Shown here: positions 41,614-50,390 of the stretch, in pieces | Layout of the letters: every line of letters begins with the position of its first letter | How positions within the stretch are numbered: the stretch's first letter is position 1 | Origin: an uncultured SAR86 cluster bacterium | GTDB lineage: Bacteria; Pseudomonadota; Gammaproteobacteria; Magnimaribacterales; D2472 | DNA: 64,000 nt | Reading direction: 5' to 3' | Assembly: GCA_943788365.1 (NCBI GenBank) | Contig: CALSPZ010000001.1 | Coordinates: 678,263-742,262, forward strand | The notes under the pieces: generated by a model | The model's database searches: none | What the model was told of the DNA's origin: nothing | The model's input: only the letters and a program-made list of their open reading frames with translations | Made by a program: the position numbers and the translations under genes

Positions 41614-42378
41614 ATGGCTATTATTAAAGCATCTAATCTTGTTAAAAAATATAAAAATCCTGAAGAAAAATTAAAGACTTTTAACGCAGTAGATGGAGTT
41701 TCTTTGTCTATTAAAACTGGTGATATCTTTGGAATACTAGGCCCTAATGGAGCCGGCAAGACCTCAACTCTTGAAATGCTTGAAGGTCTTAAGGATATAG
41801 ATGAAGGCTCGGCTTTAATTAATTCAATTGATGTTACAAACAATCCATATGAAATAAAAAAAATAATAGGGGTTCAACTTCAAGCTAATGAATATTTTGA
41901 TAATATGACATTGACTGAACTGCTTAAATTATTTATAGCATTGTACAGCTCTTCGAATGATCCGCTGGAATTACTTAAAAGAGTAAAGCTGCAAGATAAA
42001 GCAAATGCTAATGCAAATGAGTTGTCTGGGGGCCAAAAGCAAAGATTTTCAATAGCCTCAGCATTAGTCAATAATCCTTTAGTTTTATTTCTTGATGAAC
42101 CAACAACGGGTTTAGACCCGCAAGCAAAGAGAAATATTTGGGATCTTATCCTGGAACTAAATGGAGCTGGCATGACCATAGTTCTGACTACTCACAATAT
42201 GGAAGAGGCGGAGTTTTTATGCCATAGGATAGCAATTATGGATTATGGAAAAATTATTGCAGAGGATTCGCCTAAGAACTTAATTATGAAACATGCTCCT
42301 AATAAAATTAGAGAAATTAAATATGGAAATATGGAAGATGTATTTATAGCCTTAACAGGTCACGGACTAAGAGATTAG
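41614..42378 (+). CDS. ABC transporter ATP-binding protein (ABC-2/DrrA-like exporter type)
   Basis: Walker A GPNGAGKTS, signature LSGGQKQR, Walker B LFLDEPTTGLD, H-loop TTHNMEE. Confidence 0.9.
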   Translation: MAIIKASNLVKKYKNPEEKLKTFNAVDGVSLSIKTGDIFGILGPNGAGKTSTLEMLEGLKDIDEGSALINSIDVTNNPYEIKKIIGVQLQANEYFDNMTLTELLKLFIALYSSSNDPLELLKRVKLQDKANANANELSGGQKQRFSIASALVNNPLVLFLDEPTTGLDPQAKRNIWDLILELNGAGMTIVLTTHNMEEAEFLCHRIAIMDYGKIIAEDSPKNLIMKHAPNKIREIKYGNMEDVFIALTGHGLRD

Positions 42379-42379
42379 G

Positions 42380-43468
42380 ATGCTTAGAAAACCTCAATTA
42401 TATTTAACGAAAGTTTTTATTCAGATATTTCTAAGAAATAAGCAATATATTTTTTTTAGTCTCTTATTACCTGTGGTTATTTTAGGGATTGTGGGCTTGA
42501 ATGATGGAGAAAGAGATCCAGTAGACATTGGTCTTGTTGACTACTCAAACTCGAATATTTCTAAAGAGTTTATTGAAAAACTTTCTAACAATGCATTATT
42601 TAATATCAATCAGTCTGATGAGGTGAATCTTAGAAATAAACTTATTAAAGGTGAGCTAACGTTAATACTTGTTCTTCCTAATGATATGGGGAATACAAAT
42701 AAAACAACAAATATAAAATTATTAGCAGACAAATCACAAATTAATTTTATTGAAGCCATAAAACCAATTATCAATCAGACGCTCATAAGCCTTGAGAGAG
42801 AAATTTCTGAAAAAATACCTATGTTTAGTCTTGAAATAAAAGACATTAAATCAAGAACTCAAACTTACTTAGATTTCTTATTGCCTGGCATTATGGCATT
42901 TATGCTTATGAATCTTAGTATTGCTGGAAGTGGATTTAATGTTGTTGAATTTAGAAGAAGAGGAATACTTAAAAGATTATTTGTAACTCCAATTAAACCA
43001 ATAGATTTTGTCTCTGCAATAGTTATTGCTCGTATGGTTATTGTCCTTGGTCAGTTAAGTATTATTTTTAGTTTTGCCTTTTTCTTTTTAGATGTAAATA
43101 TTGTTGGAAGTATTTCACACTTATTTTTCGTTATTATGCTAAGCGTATTAATGTTTTTAACTTTAGGTTTTTCAATTGGGAGCTTGGCTAAAACCCAAGA
43201 ATCAGTTGGTGTGATAGCTTCTATTTTTATTTATCCTCAGATAGTTATGTCAGGAGTTTTTTTTCCAATAGAAACCTTGCCAGAATTCATTCAGCCATTT
43301 TCAGAAATATTACCCCTTTCAATAGTTGCAGATGCCATGAGATCAATTTCTAGTGATGGCCTTTCATTTTTAGCTGTATATAAGAATATGATTGGTATAA
43401 GTATATGGATTGTTATAGGTACCTTTGTTTCAACGAAGCTATTTGTATGGAAAGAAGTTGCAGGGTAA
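42380..43468 (+). CDS. ABC-2 family transporter permease
   Basis: N-terminal TM, about 130-aa extracytoplasmic region, then 5 TM segments. Starts 1 nt after the ATPase stop. Confidence 0.82.
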   Translation: MLRKPQLYLTKVFIQIFLRNKQYIFFSLLLPVVILGIVGLNDGERDPVDIGLVDYSNSNISKEFIEKLSNNALFNINQSDEVNLRNKLIKGELTLILVLPNDMGNTNKTTNIKLLADKSQINFIEAIKPIINQTLISLEREISEKIPMFSLEIKDIKSRTQTYLDFLLPGIMAFMLMNLSIAGSGFNVVEFRRRGILKRLFVTPIKPIDFVSAIVIARMVIVLGQLSIIFSFAFFFLDVNIVGSISHLFFVIMLSVLMFLTLGFSIGSLAKTQESVGVIASIFIYPQIVMSGVFFPIETLPEFIQPFSEILPLSIVADAMRSISSDGLSFLAVYKNMIGISIWIVIGTFVSTKLFVWKEVAG

Positions 43469-43498
43469 TTTAAGGTATCTTCAGCAACTTTTATATGA

Positions 43499-43981
43499 CT
43501 ACTGAGTAGGAATAAAATACATTTGTATATGATCGATATTATCTTCTAGGTAAACCTCTCCTCTTGGAGTAAACCCCAAATCAATATAAAAATGTTGTAA
43601 TCGATGTTGTGCTGAAATTACGATTTCGTAATTTGAGTATTCTTTTCTTAAAAAGTTTACTCCCTCAATGGTTATCATTTTACCCACACCAAGACCTCTT
43701 GAATTTATTTCAGTAACTATCCTTCCCAGTGATGAGCCTTCATACTTTATTCCAGGTTTAAAAGCCCTAAGGTATCCAATTAAGTCATTATCTTTATACG
43801 CCAATAAATGAAATGCATCTTGGTCTGAGTAGTCAGCATCTATGTATGGACAATCTTGCTCTAAAACAAATACCTTTTGTCTTAAATGCAAAATTGCATA
43901 TAACTCATCACTTGATAAATCTTTATATTCTTTCCAAATAAGCTTAATTTCTTTTGAACTTGTCATACTTAAATACCTCAA
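43499..43981 (-). CDS. elaA: GNAT family N-acetyltransferase, ElaA-like
   Basis: Aligns by eye along its length to E. coli ElaA as I recall it (LYAILHLRQKVFVLEQDCPYIDAD..., GRIVTEINSRGLGVG, AQHRLQHFYIDLGF). Start may be at the second Met. Confidence 0.75.
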   Translation of the reverse strand: MRYLSMTSSKEIKLIWKEYKDLSSDELYAILHLRQKVFVLEQDCPYIDADYSDQDAFHLLAYKDNDLIGYLRAFKPGIKYEGSSLGRIVTEINSRGLGVGKMITIEGVNFLRKEYSNYEIVISAQHRLQHFYIDLGFTPRGEVYLEDNIDHIQMYFIPTQ

Positions 43982-44099
43982 ACTAAATCATGCATCTTAC
44001 ATCTTTTTAGAAATAAGTAATTATTAACTATATATTAAAGGTAATATGTGGAGAAATAATTATTAATAACTTAAAATCTTCACACTGTAAAGGTAGCCT

Positions 44100-44579
44100 A
44101 TGAAAAAAATAACCGACTTTGTTGTAAAAGATAATAATTTAGATGCTGTAGATCTCTCTATCTATGATGGAAAAACACTTCTAATAGTCAATGTGGCTAG
44201 TGAATGTGGTCTTACTTATCATTATGAAGGATTGCAGGAACTTTATAATGAATTTAACTCTCATGGACTAGAGATATTAGCTTTTCCAAGCAACCAATTT
44301 GGTGCTCAAGAACCTGGGAGTAACGATGAAATTAAATTTTTCTGTACTGAAAAATATAATGTAACCTTCCCTCTTTTTAATAAAATAGATGTTAATGGCC
44401 CTAATGAGGACCCTTTATATACTTTTTTAAAACACATCAGTTCAGAAAAATCTAATACAAAAGATATTGAATGGAATTTCACAAAATTTCTTTTTAATAA
44501 AAACTCTGATTTATATAAAAGGTATGATCCGAGAGTAGAGCCCTCTGATCTCATTAAAGATATTCAATCAATTTTATAA
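44100..44579 (+). CDS. glutathione peroxidase family protein (Cys type), copy 1
   Basis: VNVASECGLT (peroxidatic Cys encoded by TGT), FPSNQFGAQEPG, WNFTKFL. Confidence 0.92.
   Translation: MKKITDFVVKDNNLDAVDLSIYDGKTLLIVNVASECGLTYHYEGLQELYNEFNSHGLEILAFPSNQFGAQEPGSNDEIKFFCTEKYNVTFPLFNKIDVNGPNEDPLYTFLKHISSEKSNTKDIEWNFTKFLFNKNSDLYKRYDPRVEPSDLIKDIQSIL
44334..44432. repeat. 99-nt tract identical to 44828-44926 (inside gpx copy 1)
   Basis: Compared base by base: aaatttttctgtactg...acttttttaaaa is 99/99 identical at an offset of 494 nt. Flanking paralogous sequence is clearly diverged. Confidence 0.95.
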
Positions 44580-44593
44580 ATAAAAAAATTATC

Positions 44594-45076
44594 ATGAAAA
44601 ATATATACAACATAACCGTAAAAGATGCAGAGCTTAATGAAATTAATTTAGGAAATTACAAAGGTAAAACTCTATTAATTGTTAATGTGGCAAGCCATTG
44701 TGGATTGACGTATCAATATGAAGGTCTTCAGAATCTGTCTAATAAATTTAAAAATGATGATTTTGAAATTCTAGCTTTTCCATGCAATCAATTTAAAGCA
44801 CAAGAACCTGGAACTAATGATGAGATCAAATTTTTCTGTACTGAAAAATATAATGTAACCTTCCCTCTTTTTAATAAAATAGATGTTAATGGCCCTAATG
44901 AGGACCCTTTATATACTTTTTTAAAAGATTCTAAGCGTGGATTCTTGGGTTATAAGCCAATTGAGTGGAATTTTGCAAAATTTTTAATAAATGCTGATGG
45001 TGAAGTTGTAAAGAGATTTCTGCCCTCTACTAAGCCAAATAAAATTGAAAAAAAGATCAGCAAATTATTAGGCTAG
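44594..45076 (+). CDS. glutathione peroxidase family protein (Cys type), copy 2
   Basis: VNVASHCGLT (TGT Cys), FPCNQFKAQEPG, WNFAKFL. Tandem paralog 14 nt after copy 1. Confidence 0.92.
   Translation: MKNIYNITVKDAELNEINLGNYKGKTLLIVNVASHCGLTYQYEGLQNLSNKFKNDDFEILAFPCNQFKAQEPGTNDEIKFFCTEKYNVTFPLFNKIDVNGPNEDPLYTFLKDSKRGFLGYKPIEWNFAKFLINADGEVVKRFLPSTKPNKIEKKISKLLG
44828..44926. repeat. 99-nt tract identical to 44334-44432 (inside gpx copy 2)
   Basis: See the partner repeat. Confidence 0.95.
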
Positions 45077-45508
45077 AGTTTTTGACATTAAGAGGGCATC
45101 TTCTTTTTGCTCTCCAGTGTAATAGTTCTCTCGGACTGCATCTTTTTTAAAACCAAATTTTTCATAAAATAAAATAGCTTTCGCATTACTTATTCTTACT
45201 TCAAGATATATATTTTTAATGCCCATCACTTTGCATTGATTAATAATGGTATTAAGCAATATAGATCCAGCACCTTTTTTTTGAAATTTTTGTGTTACAG
45301 CTATATTTAAGAGGTGTGCTTCAGGCTTAATTGGGGAATAGATAGCAAAGCCTGCTATTTCATTTTTATGAGTACAAATTAAACCAAAGTGGCCAACTTC
45401 AAAAGAAGATTTAAAATTTGTATAAGTCCATGGTGTTGGATTTGTTAGTTTTTCGATTTCATATGACTCTTTTAGATGCTCTTCGTTAAGATTTGAAACT
45501 TTGAACAT
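45068..45508 (-). CDS. rimI: ribosomal-protein-alanine N-acetyltransferase
   Basis: 146-aa GNAT (acetyl-CoA site QKFQKKGAGSILL). Lies immediately downstream of a holD-like gene, as in E. coli holD-rimI. Confidence 0.8.
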   Translation of the reverse strand: MFKVSNLNEEHLKESYEIEKLTNPTPWTYTNFKSSFEVGHFGLICTHKNEIAGFAIYSPIKPEAHLLNIAVTQKFQKKGAGSILLNTIINQCKVMGIKNIYLEVRISNAKAILFYEKFGFKKDAVRENYYTGEQKEDALLMSKTLA

Positions 45509-45943
45509 TCAAAGATTGAGCAAAGTCTTTATTGAAGTCCATAATTGCTTCTTCTTATGTGGATTGGCTGCAAGTTCGTCAATATTAGCTGAGTTTATGA
45601 CTGGAATTTTTGTGAAGACTTTAATTTCATTATCTGTAAAATTGATAATCAATCTCGAATTTTTATCAACTTCATTGTTTAGATTTTTTGCGCTATCTGC
45701 AGAACTAGATTGACCGAGTGATTGTCCATTTGTAAGAGTTGTTGAATTCATTATCGCCATAATTAATTTTTTCTGGTTATCATCATGCTCTTCAAAAGAC
45801 TCATTCAATAAAACAGTTATGTTTTGAATTTTATAAATATGAATTGGGGTATGCCTTGATTTATTTTCTACTGATCTTAAAGAAAATCTTGTAATACCCA
45901 GCTCTTTTAATATAAGGTTAGTTTTTAAAGATGCAGTTATCAT
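45509..45943 (-). CDS. holD: DNA polymerase III psi subunit (divergent HolD)
   Basis: 144 aa. The N-terminal LKELGITRFSLRS resembles E. coli HolD LQQLGITQWSLRR. The C-terminal ELAANPHKKKQLWTSI resembles DLRANPTARAALWQQI (E. coli sequence from memory). Abuts rimI with no spacer. Confidence 0.65.
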   Translation of the reverse strand: MITASLKTNLILKELGITRFSLRSVENKSRHTPIHIYKIQNITVLLNESFEEHDDNQKKLIMAIMNSTTLTNGQSLGQSSSADSAKNLNNEVDKNSRLIINFTDNEIKVFTKIPVINSANIDELAANPHKKKQLWTSIKTLLNL

Positions 45944-45976
45944 AGATAAATAAATATTAACATTTACTAATAAAAA

Positions 45977-47635
45977 ATGGACAATCCTTACAAAAAATAT
46001 AAGCCTTTTAGGGCGATTAAAATTGATAATAGAGAATGGCCATCAAAAACTATTGGATTGGCTCCAATGTGGTGTTCGGTAGATCTTAGGGATGGTAATC
46101 AGGCTCTTATTGAGCCTATGGGACCAGAAAGAAAAAATAGAATGTTTGATCTTCTATGCAAAATAGGTTTTAAAGAAATTGAAGTGGGTTTTCCTTCTGC
46201 TTCAGATACAGATTTCAACTTTGTTAGGAGTCTTATTGAAGATAATAAAATACCTAGTGATGTAAACATTCAAGTTTTGACCCAGTCAAGAAGTGAGCTT
46301 ATCGAGAGAACATTTGAATCTTTAAAAGGTGCATCAAAAGCTGTTGTGCATTTCTATAACTCAACTTCGACCCTTCAAAGAAGAGTCGTATTCAATCAAG
46401 ATAAAGAGGGTATTAAACAAATTGCCCTTAATGGTGCAAAGCAAATAAAAGAACTTGCTTTAAAAAATCCAGATACAAACTGGAGTTTTGAATATTCTCC
46501 GGAAAGCTTCACAGGTACTGAATTGGATTATGCTGCAGAGGTTTGTGATGAAGTTGTTGATATTCTAAAAGACGTTAATAATAATAAAATTATTATTAAT
46601 CTTCCCGCTACAGTTGAGATGTCATCTGCCAATATATATGGTGATCAAATAGAATGGATGAATAAAAATCTTAGAAATAGAGAGTATATTTGTCTTAGCC
46701 TCCACCCTCACAATGATAGAGGCACTGCTGTCGCAGCAGCTGAGTTTGGTTTAATGGCTGGAGCTGACAGGGTTGAGGGTACTCTTTTTGGCAATGGTGA
46801 AAGGACTGGTAATGTAGATATAGTGACATTAGCACTTAATATGCTTACCCAAGGCATTGATCCTAGATTAGACTTTTCTAATATCAATTCTGTAATGAGA
46901 GAGGTTGAGTACTGCAATCAGTTACCTGTTCATCCAAGGCATCCTTATGCAGGTGATCTTGTATTTACAGCATTCTCTGGCTCTCATCAAGATGCAATTA
47001 AGAAGGGCTTTAAGGCCATGAAAGAAACCAATCAATATAATTGGGAAGTACCATATCTTCCTATTGATCCTGCAGATCTTGGAAGAAGTTATGAAGCGGT
47101 TGTTAGAATTAATTCACAATCTGGAAAGGGTGGAGTTGCATTTCTTTTAGAAAAAGATCATGGGGTCTCTTTGCCAAGAAGACTTCAGATTAGTATGAGT
47201 CAAAAAATTCAAAAATTAGCAGATGAATCTGGTAAGGAGATTATGACATCAGAGATTTGGGATATTTTTGATAAGGAATTTATGCAGCCAAAAGAAGGTT
47301 ATTCTTATTTAGATCACAAATCTTCTACTAACGGAAGCACTCATAACTTGTCAATTAAAATGCTTTTAAACAACAACGAAGTTCAAATGGAGGGAATAGG
47401 AAATGGGCCTATCGATTCATTTATAAATGCTTTGGCTAGTCAAAATATAAAACTTAAGGTCTCAGACTATAATCAATCTGCTATATCCTCAGGCTCAGAC
47501 GCAAAAGCAGCAGCATATATTGAACTTGAGAGAAATGGGAAAACTAGCTGGGGTGTTGGGATAAACTCAAACACAACGAGAGCATCGTTTGAAGCTATAG
47601 TTGTAGGATTAAGTAAAATTCTTAATCAAAATTAG
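45977..47635 (+). CDS. leuA: 2-isopropylmalate synthase (long, LeuA type 2 form)
   Basis: WCSVDLRDGNQ, HPHNDRGTAVA, and a C-terminal LeuA dimerisation/regulatory domain. At 552 aa it matches the Pseudomonas/actinobacterial form. Confidence 0.93.
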   Translation: MDNPYKKYKPFRAIKIDNREWPSKTIGLAPMWCSVDLRDGNQALIEPMGPERKNRMFDLLCKIGFKEIEVGFPSASDTDFNFVRSLIEDNKIPSDVNIQVLTQSRSELIERTFESLKGASKAVVHFYNSTSTLQRRVVFNQDKEGIKQIALNGAKQIKELALKNPDTNWSFEYSPESFTGTELDYAAEVCDEVVDILKDVNNNKIIINLPATVEMSSANIYGDQIEWMNKNLRNREYICLSLHPHNDRGTAVAAAEFGLMAGADRVEGTLFGNGERTGNVDIVTLALNMLTQGIDPRLDFSNINSVMREVEYCNQLPVHPRHPYAGDLVFTAFSGSHQDAIKKGFKAMKETNQYNWEVPYLPIDPADLGRSYEAVVRINSQSGKGGVAFLLEKDHGVSLPRRLQISMSQKIQKLADESGKEIMTSEIWDIFDKEFMQPKEGYSYLDHKSSTNGSTHNLSIKMLLNNNEVQMEGIGNGPIDSFINALASQNIKLKVSDYNQSAISSGSDAKAAAYIELERNGKTSWGVGINSNTTRASFEAIVVGLSKILNQN

Positions 47636-48395
47636 GCTCTCTTTTCTCAAAGAAAGCTTTTACAGCCTCACGGTTTTCTGAACTTCCTGTTAAGGTTGTT
47701 TGGATATCGCCTTCGAATTCATATATATCCCAGTAACCATTGCTTTGAGATTTTCTCATCAGTTTTTTTGTATGTATCAATGACTGAGGTGATCTTTTTG
47801 ATAGGTTTATTGCCCAATTTTCTGCACATTCTTCCAATTCATCTGCTAAAACAACTTTATTAGCTATTCCGAATTGCAAACACTCATCAGAAAAAATCTT
47901 TTTCGCCTCAATAGCATATTCATAAGCCTTACCATAACCCATAAATTTAGGAAGAGTCCATGAAAGGCCCCCATCTGGAACAAGAGCTATATTGCTGAAA
48001 ACCGACATAATATATGCATTCTGAGACATTACTCTTAAATCACATGCAAGCGCTAAAGCAGCTCCTATTCCTGCCGCAGGCCCATTTATAGATGCGATAA
48101 CAGGTTTATCCATATTAATAATATTTTGAAAGATAGGTTTGTAACCTCTTTCAAGTGCATCCTTTGAACTACTCCAACTAGCTGATCTTTCTCCTAGATC
48201 TGCTCCAGCTGAGAAACCTTTACCATTCCCAGTGATGATTAAGACTCTTATCTCTTTATCTGCTCCAACTTCAGAGGTAGCCTTCTGAAGATCCCACATT
48301 AATTGCTCATTAAATGCATTTAATACATTTGGTCTATTTAATTTTATAGTAGCGATATTATTTGATTTTATAAGTTCTAATGTTTCGAAGCTCAT
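47622..48395 (-). CDS. enoyl-CoA hydratase/isomerase (crotonase) family protein
   Basis: Crotonase fold motifs (GKGFSAGADL, INGPAAGIGAALALACD). Confidence 0.88.
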   Translation of the reverse strand: MSFETLELIKSNNIATIKLNRPNVLNAFNEQLMWDLQKATSEVGADKEIRVLIITGNGKGFSAGADLGERSASWSSSKDALERGYKPIFQNIINMDKPVIASINGPAAGIGAALALACDLRVMSQNAYIMSVFSNIALVPDGGLSWTLPKFMGYGKAYEYAIEAKKIFSDECLQFGIANKVVLADELEECAENWAINLSKRSPQSLIHTKKLMRKSQSNGYWDIYEFEGDIQTTLTGSSENREAVKAFFEKREPNFD

Positions 48396-48426
48396 TTTTA
48401 AATTCCAATTTTTTATTAATAATAGT

Positions 48427-49383
48427 TTAACTCTTATGAATATGAATAGTTTTATTTTTATATGTTATGTAGCCTCCAGGCTGATCATTGTCAGACCTGC
48501 TCCAGCTAACAATTGATTTTGGACCAGGTCTAGATTGCAAAAAAGTTTTGAGAATTTCTTCAATTATTTTCTTATTGGGCATAGCTATATCATTTTTCTT
48601 TATGGAGGACCGAATTATCTCAATGGCTATTTCTCTCTCAACTGATTTCAAGCTTTCAATTGATATTGATTCTGAAATAAGATTTCCGTATGCAGAATGA
48701 AATAATTCATTAAAAATTTTTAGCTTTACATCGATTGAATTAGAGGTGCTACTCAACCTATTTGCAACTTTATTCCAGCGATCATTTGCTAATGGCAATA
48801 CTTTATTTCTAATAAAGTTTCTATCTTGGTCATTTGTAAAATTTGATGTATCTTCTACGAATTCTAGGCTATTTGAGGAAGCATAAGCCTGTAAATCAGC
48901 TTTGCTGTATGAAAGAAATGGTCTTATTAGAAATCCTTTACCTAAAACTCTTTTTTCCTGAAGGCCTCTGATACCATCTATTCCAGTACCCCTAAATAAT
49001 CTCAATAAAACTGTTTCAGCAACATCATCTTGATGATGCGCAGTCAATATTTGCTCTTCATTATCAATTATATTCTCAAATATTTTATACCTTTCCCCTC
49101 TGGCAGCAGACTCTAAACCACCTCCGCTCTTGATAATTTCAGCTGAAGAGACATGAAGTTTAATTCCAGTTTTTTTACAAAAATTTCTACAATGGTTTTC
49201 CCATAACTTACTTTGATCATTTAAATTATGATTAATATGAATTGCTTCTAGGTCAATTTCATTATTTTTTGATAATTCATAAAAAGTATGGAGTAGAACT
49301 GAAGAATCGATTCCTCCACTATATGCAATAAATACCTTTTTATTTAAATTTATTTTATCAAGTAAAGGTTGAGCATTCTTCAT
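48427..49383 (-). CDS. tilS: tRNA(Ile)-lysidine synthase, short form (318 aa)
   Basis: PP-loop SGGIDSSVLL, HINHNL, TAHHQDDVAETVLLRLFRG. No recognisable TilS C-terminal (PPW-containing) domain; accA-tilS synteny. Confidence 0.88.
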   Translation of the reverse strand: MKNAQPLLDKINLNKKVFIAYSGGIDSSVLLHTFYELSKNNEIDLEAIHINHNLNDQSKLWENHCRNFCKKTGIKLHVSSAEIIKSGGGLESAARGERYKIFENIIDNEEQILTAHHQDDVAETVLLRLFRGTGIDGIRGLQEKRVLGKGFLIRPFLSYSKADLQAYASSNSLEFVEDTSNFTNDQDRNFIRNKVLPLANDRWNKVANRLSSTSNSIDVKLKIFNELFHSAYGNLISESISIESLKSVEREIAIEIIRSSIKKNDIAMPNKKIIEEILKTFLQSRPGPKSIVSWSRSDNDQPGGYITYKNKTIHIHKS

Positions 49384-49385
49384 AT

Positions 49386-50390
49386 CTAAGTGCCAATTTT
49401 TAGCAGCCTTTGATACCTTCTCTCAATGAGCTTTTCGGTTGAAAGCTTCTGTAAATTAGACAGGTTTTTAACTAATGACTTTTTTATAATCTCAGATGTA
49501 AGATCATAGTTTCTATGAGCTCCGCCAAGTGGCTCTTGGATAATCTCATCAATAATGCTAATTTTTTTAAGCTCACTAGCTGTAACTTTCATAGATTCTG
49601 CAGCTTTTTCAGCCTCATCAGCAGACCTCCAAATAATTGATGCACATGCTTCTGGAGATGCAACAGAATATGTTCCATATTCAAGCATTGATAAATGATC
49701 GCCCACACTTATTGCAAGGGCTCCACCAGAGCCTCCCTCGCCTGTCACGACAACTAATATAGGAGTTTTTAATTCAGACATTACTGCTAGGTTTTTCGCT
49801 ATTGCTTCGCTCTGCCCTCTTTCCTCACCTTCTATTCCTGGATATGCGCCAGCAGTGTCTATGAAAGTTATTATAGGCATTGAGAATTGCTCAGCTAGCT
49901 TCATAAGTCTCTTGGCTTTTCTATAGCCCTCTGGCTGAGGCATTCCAAAATTTCTTCTAACTTTTTCCTCGGTATCCCTGCCTTTCTCATGACCTATGAT
50001 CATGACGGGCGTCTCATTTAAGTAACCTAAGCCTCCAACAATTGAAGCATCGTCTGCAAATTGTCTATCACCATGAAGCTCATCAAAATCTTTAAAGATT
50101 CTTTTAATAAAATCTAAAGTATGAGGTCTTTGAGGGTGTCTTGCGACCTGAACTGTCTCCCATGTTGTTAGCTTGGAATAAATCTTCTTAATCAATTGTT
50201 CGCGATCTTTTTTAAGAGATTCAATTTGCGACTTGATTGCTGGATTTCCAGTATCAGCTAGCTTAAGTGCGCTAATTTTCTCTGACACCTCTTGAACAGG
50301 CTTTTCAAAGTCAAGAAATTTTTGATCTCTCTCTTGAAAGGTCTGTTCATGATTATTTAAGTCTTCTTGTTTTAAATCACTCATTTTCAT
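49386..50390 (-). CDS. accA: acetyl-CoA carboxylase carboxyltransferase alpha subunit
   Basis: FLDFEKPV...; carboxyltransferase motifs ([21 protein letters not shown]). About 20-aa N-terminal extension relative to E. coli; 4-nt overlap with dnaE. Confidence 0.94.
   Translation of the reverse strand: MKMSDLKQEDLNNHEQTFQERDQKFLDFEKPVQEVSEKISALKLADTGNPAIKSQIESLKKDREQLIKKIYSKLTTWETVQVARHPQRPHTLDFIKRIFKDFDELHGDRQFADDASIVGGLGYLNETPVMIIGHEKGRDTEEKVRRNFGMPQPEGYRKAKRLMKLAEQFSMPIITFIDTAGAYPGIEGEERGQSEAIAKNLAVMSELKTPILVVVTGEGGSGGALAISVGDHLSMLEYGTYSVASPEACASIIWRSADEAEKAAESMKVTASELKKISIIDEIIQEPLGGAHRNYDLTSEIIKKSLVKNLSNLQKLSTEKLIERRYQRLLKIGT

Noticed and set aside
41457-41843. An antisense 128-aa ORF spanning the valS/ABC junction, considered as a possible remnant or missing piece of valS.
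   Set aside because: It lies on the opposite strand, is Ser/Ile/Leu-rich and has no resemblance to the ValRS C-terminal domains. This is typical antisense-frame read-through of two real genes.
43982-44099. The repeated AATTATTAA-containing motifs in the elaA/gpx divergent spacer as a possible redox-regulator (OxyR-type) operator.
   Set aside because: The motifs are short, AT-only and do not match the OxyR ATAG-N7-CTAT pattern. They are indistinguishable from background in AT-rich intergenic DNA.
44100-45076. Possible selenocysteine-containing glutathione peroxidases.
   Set aside because: The peroxidatic residue is encoded by TGT (Cys) in both copies (GCTAGTGAATGTGGT and GCAAGCCATTGTGGA). 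There is no in-frame TGA and no SECIS-like hairpin.
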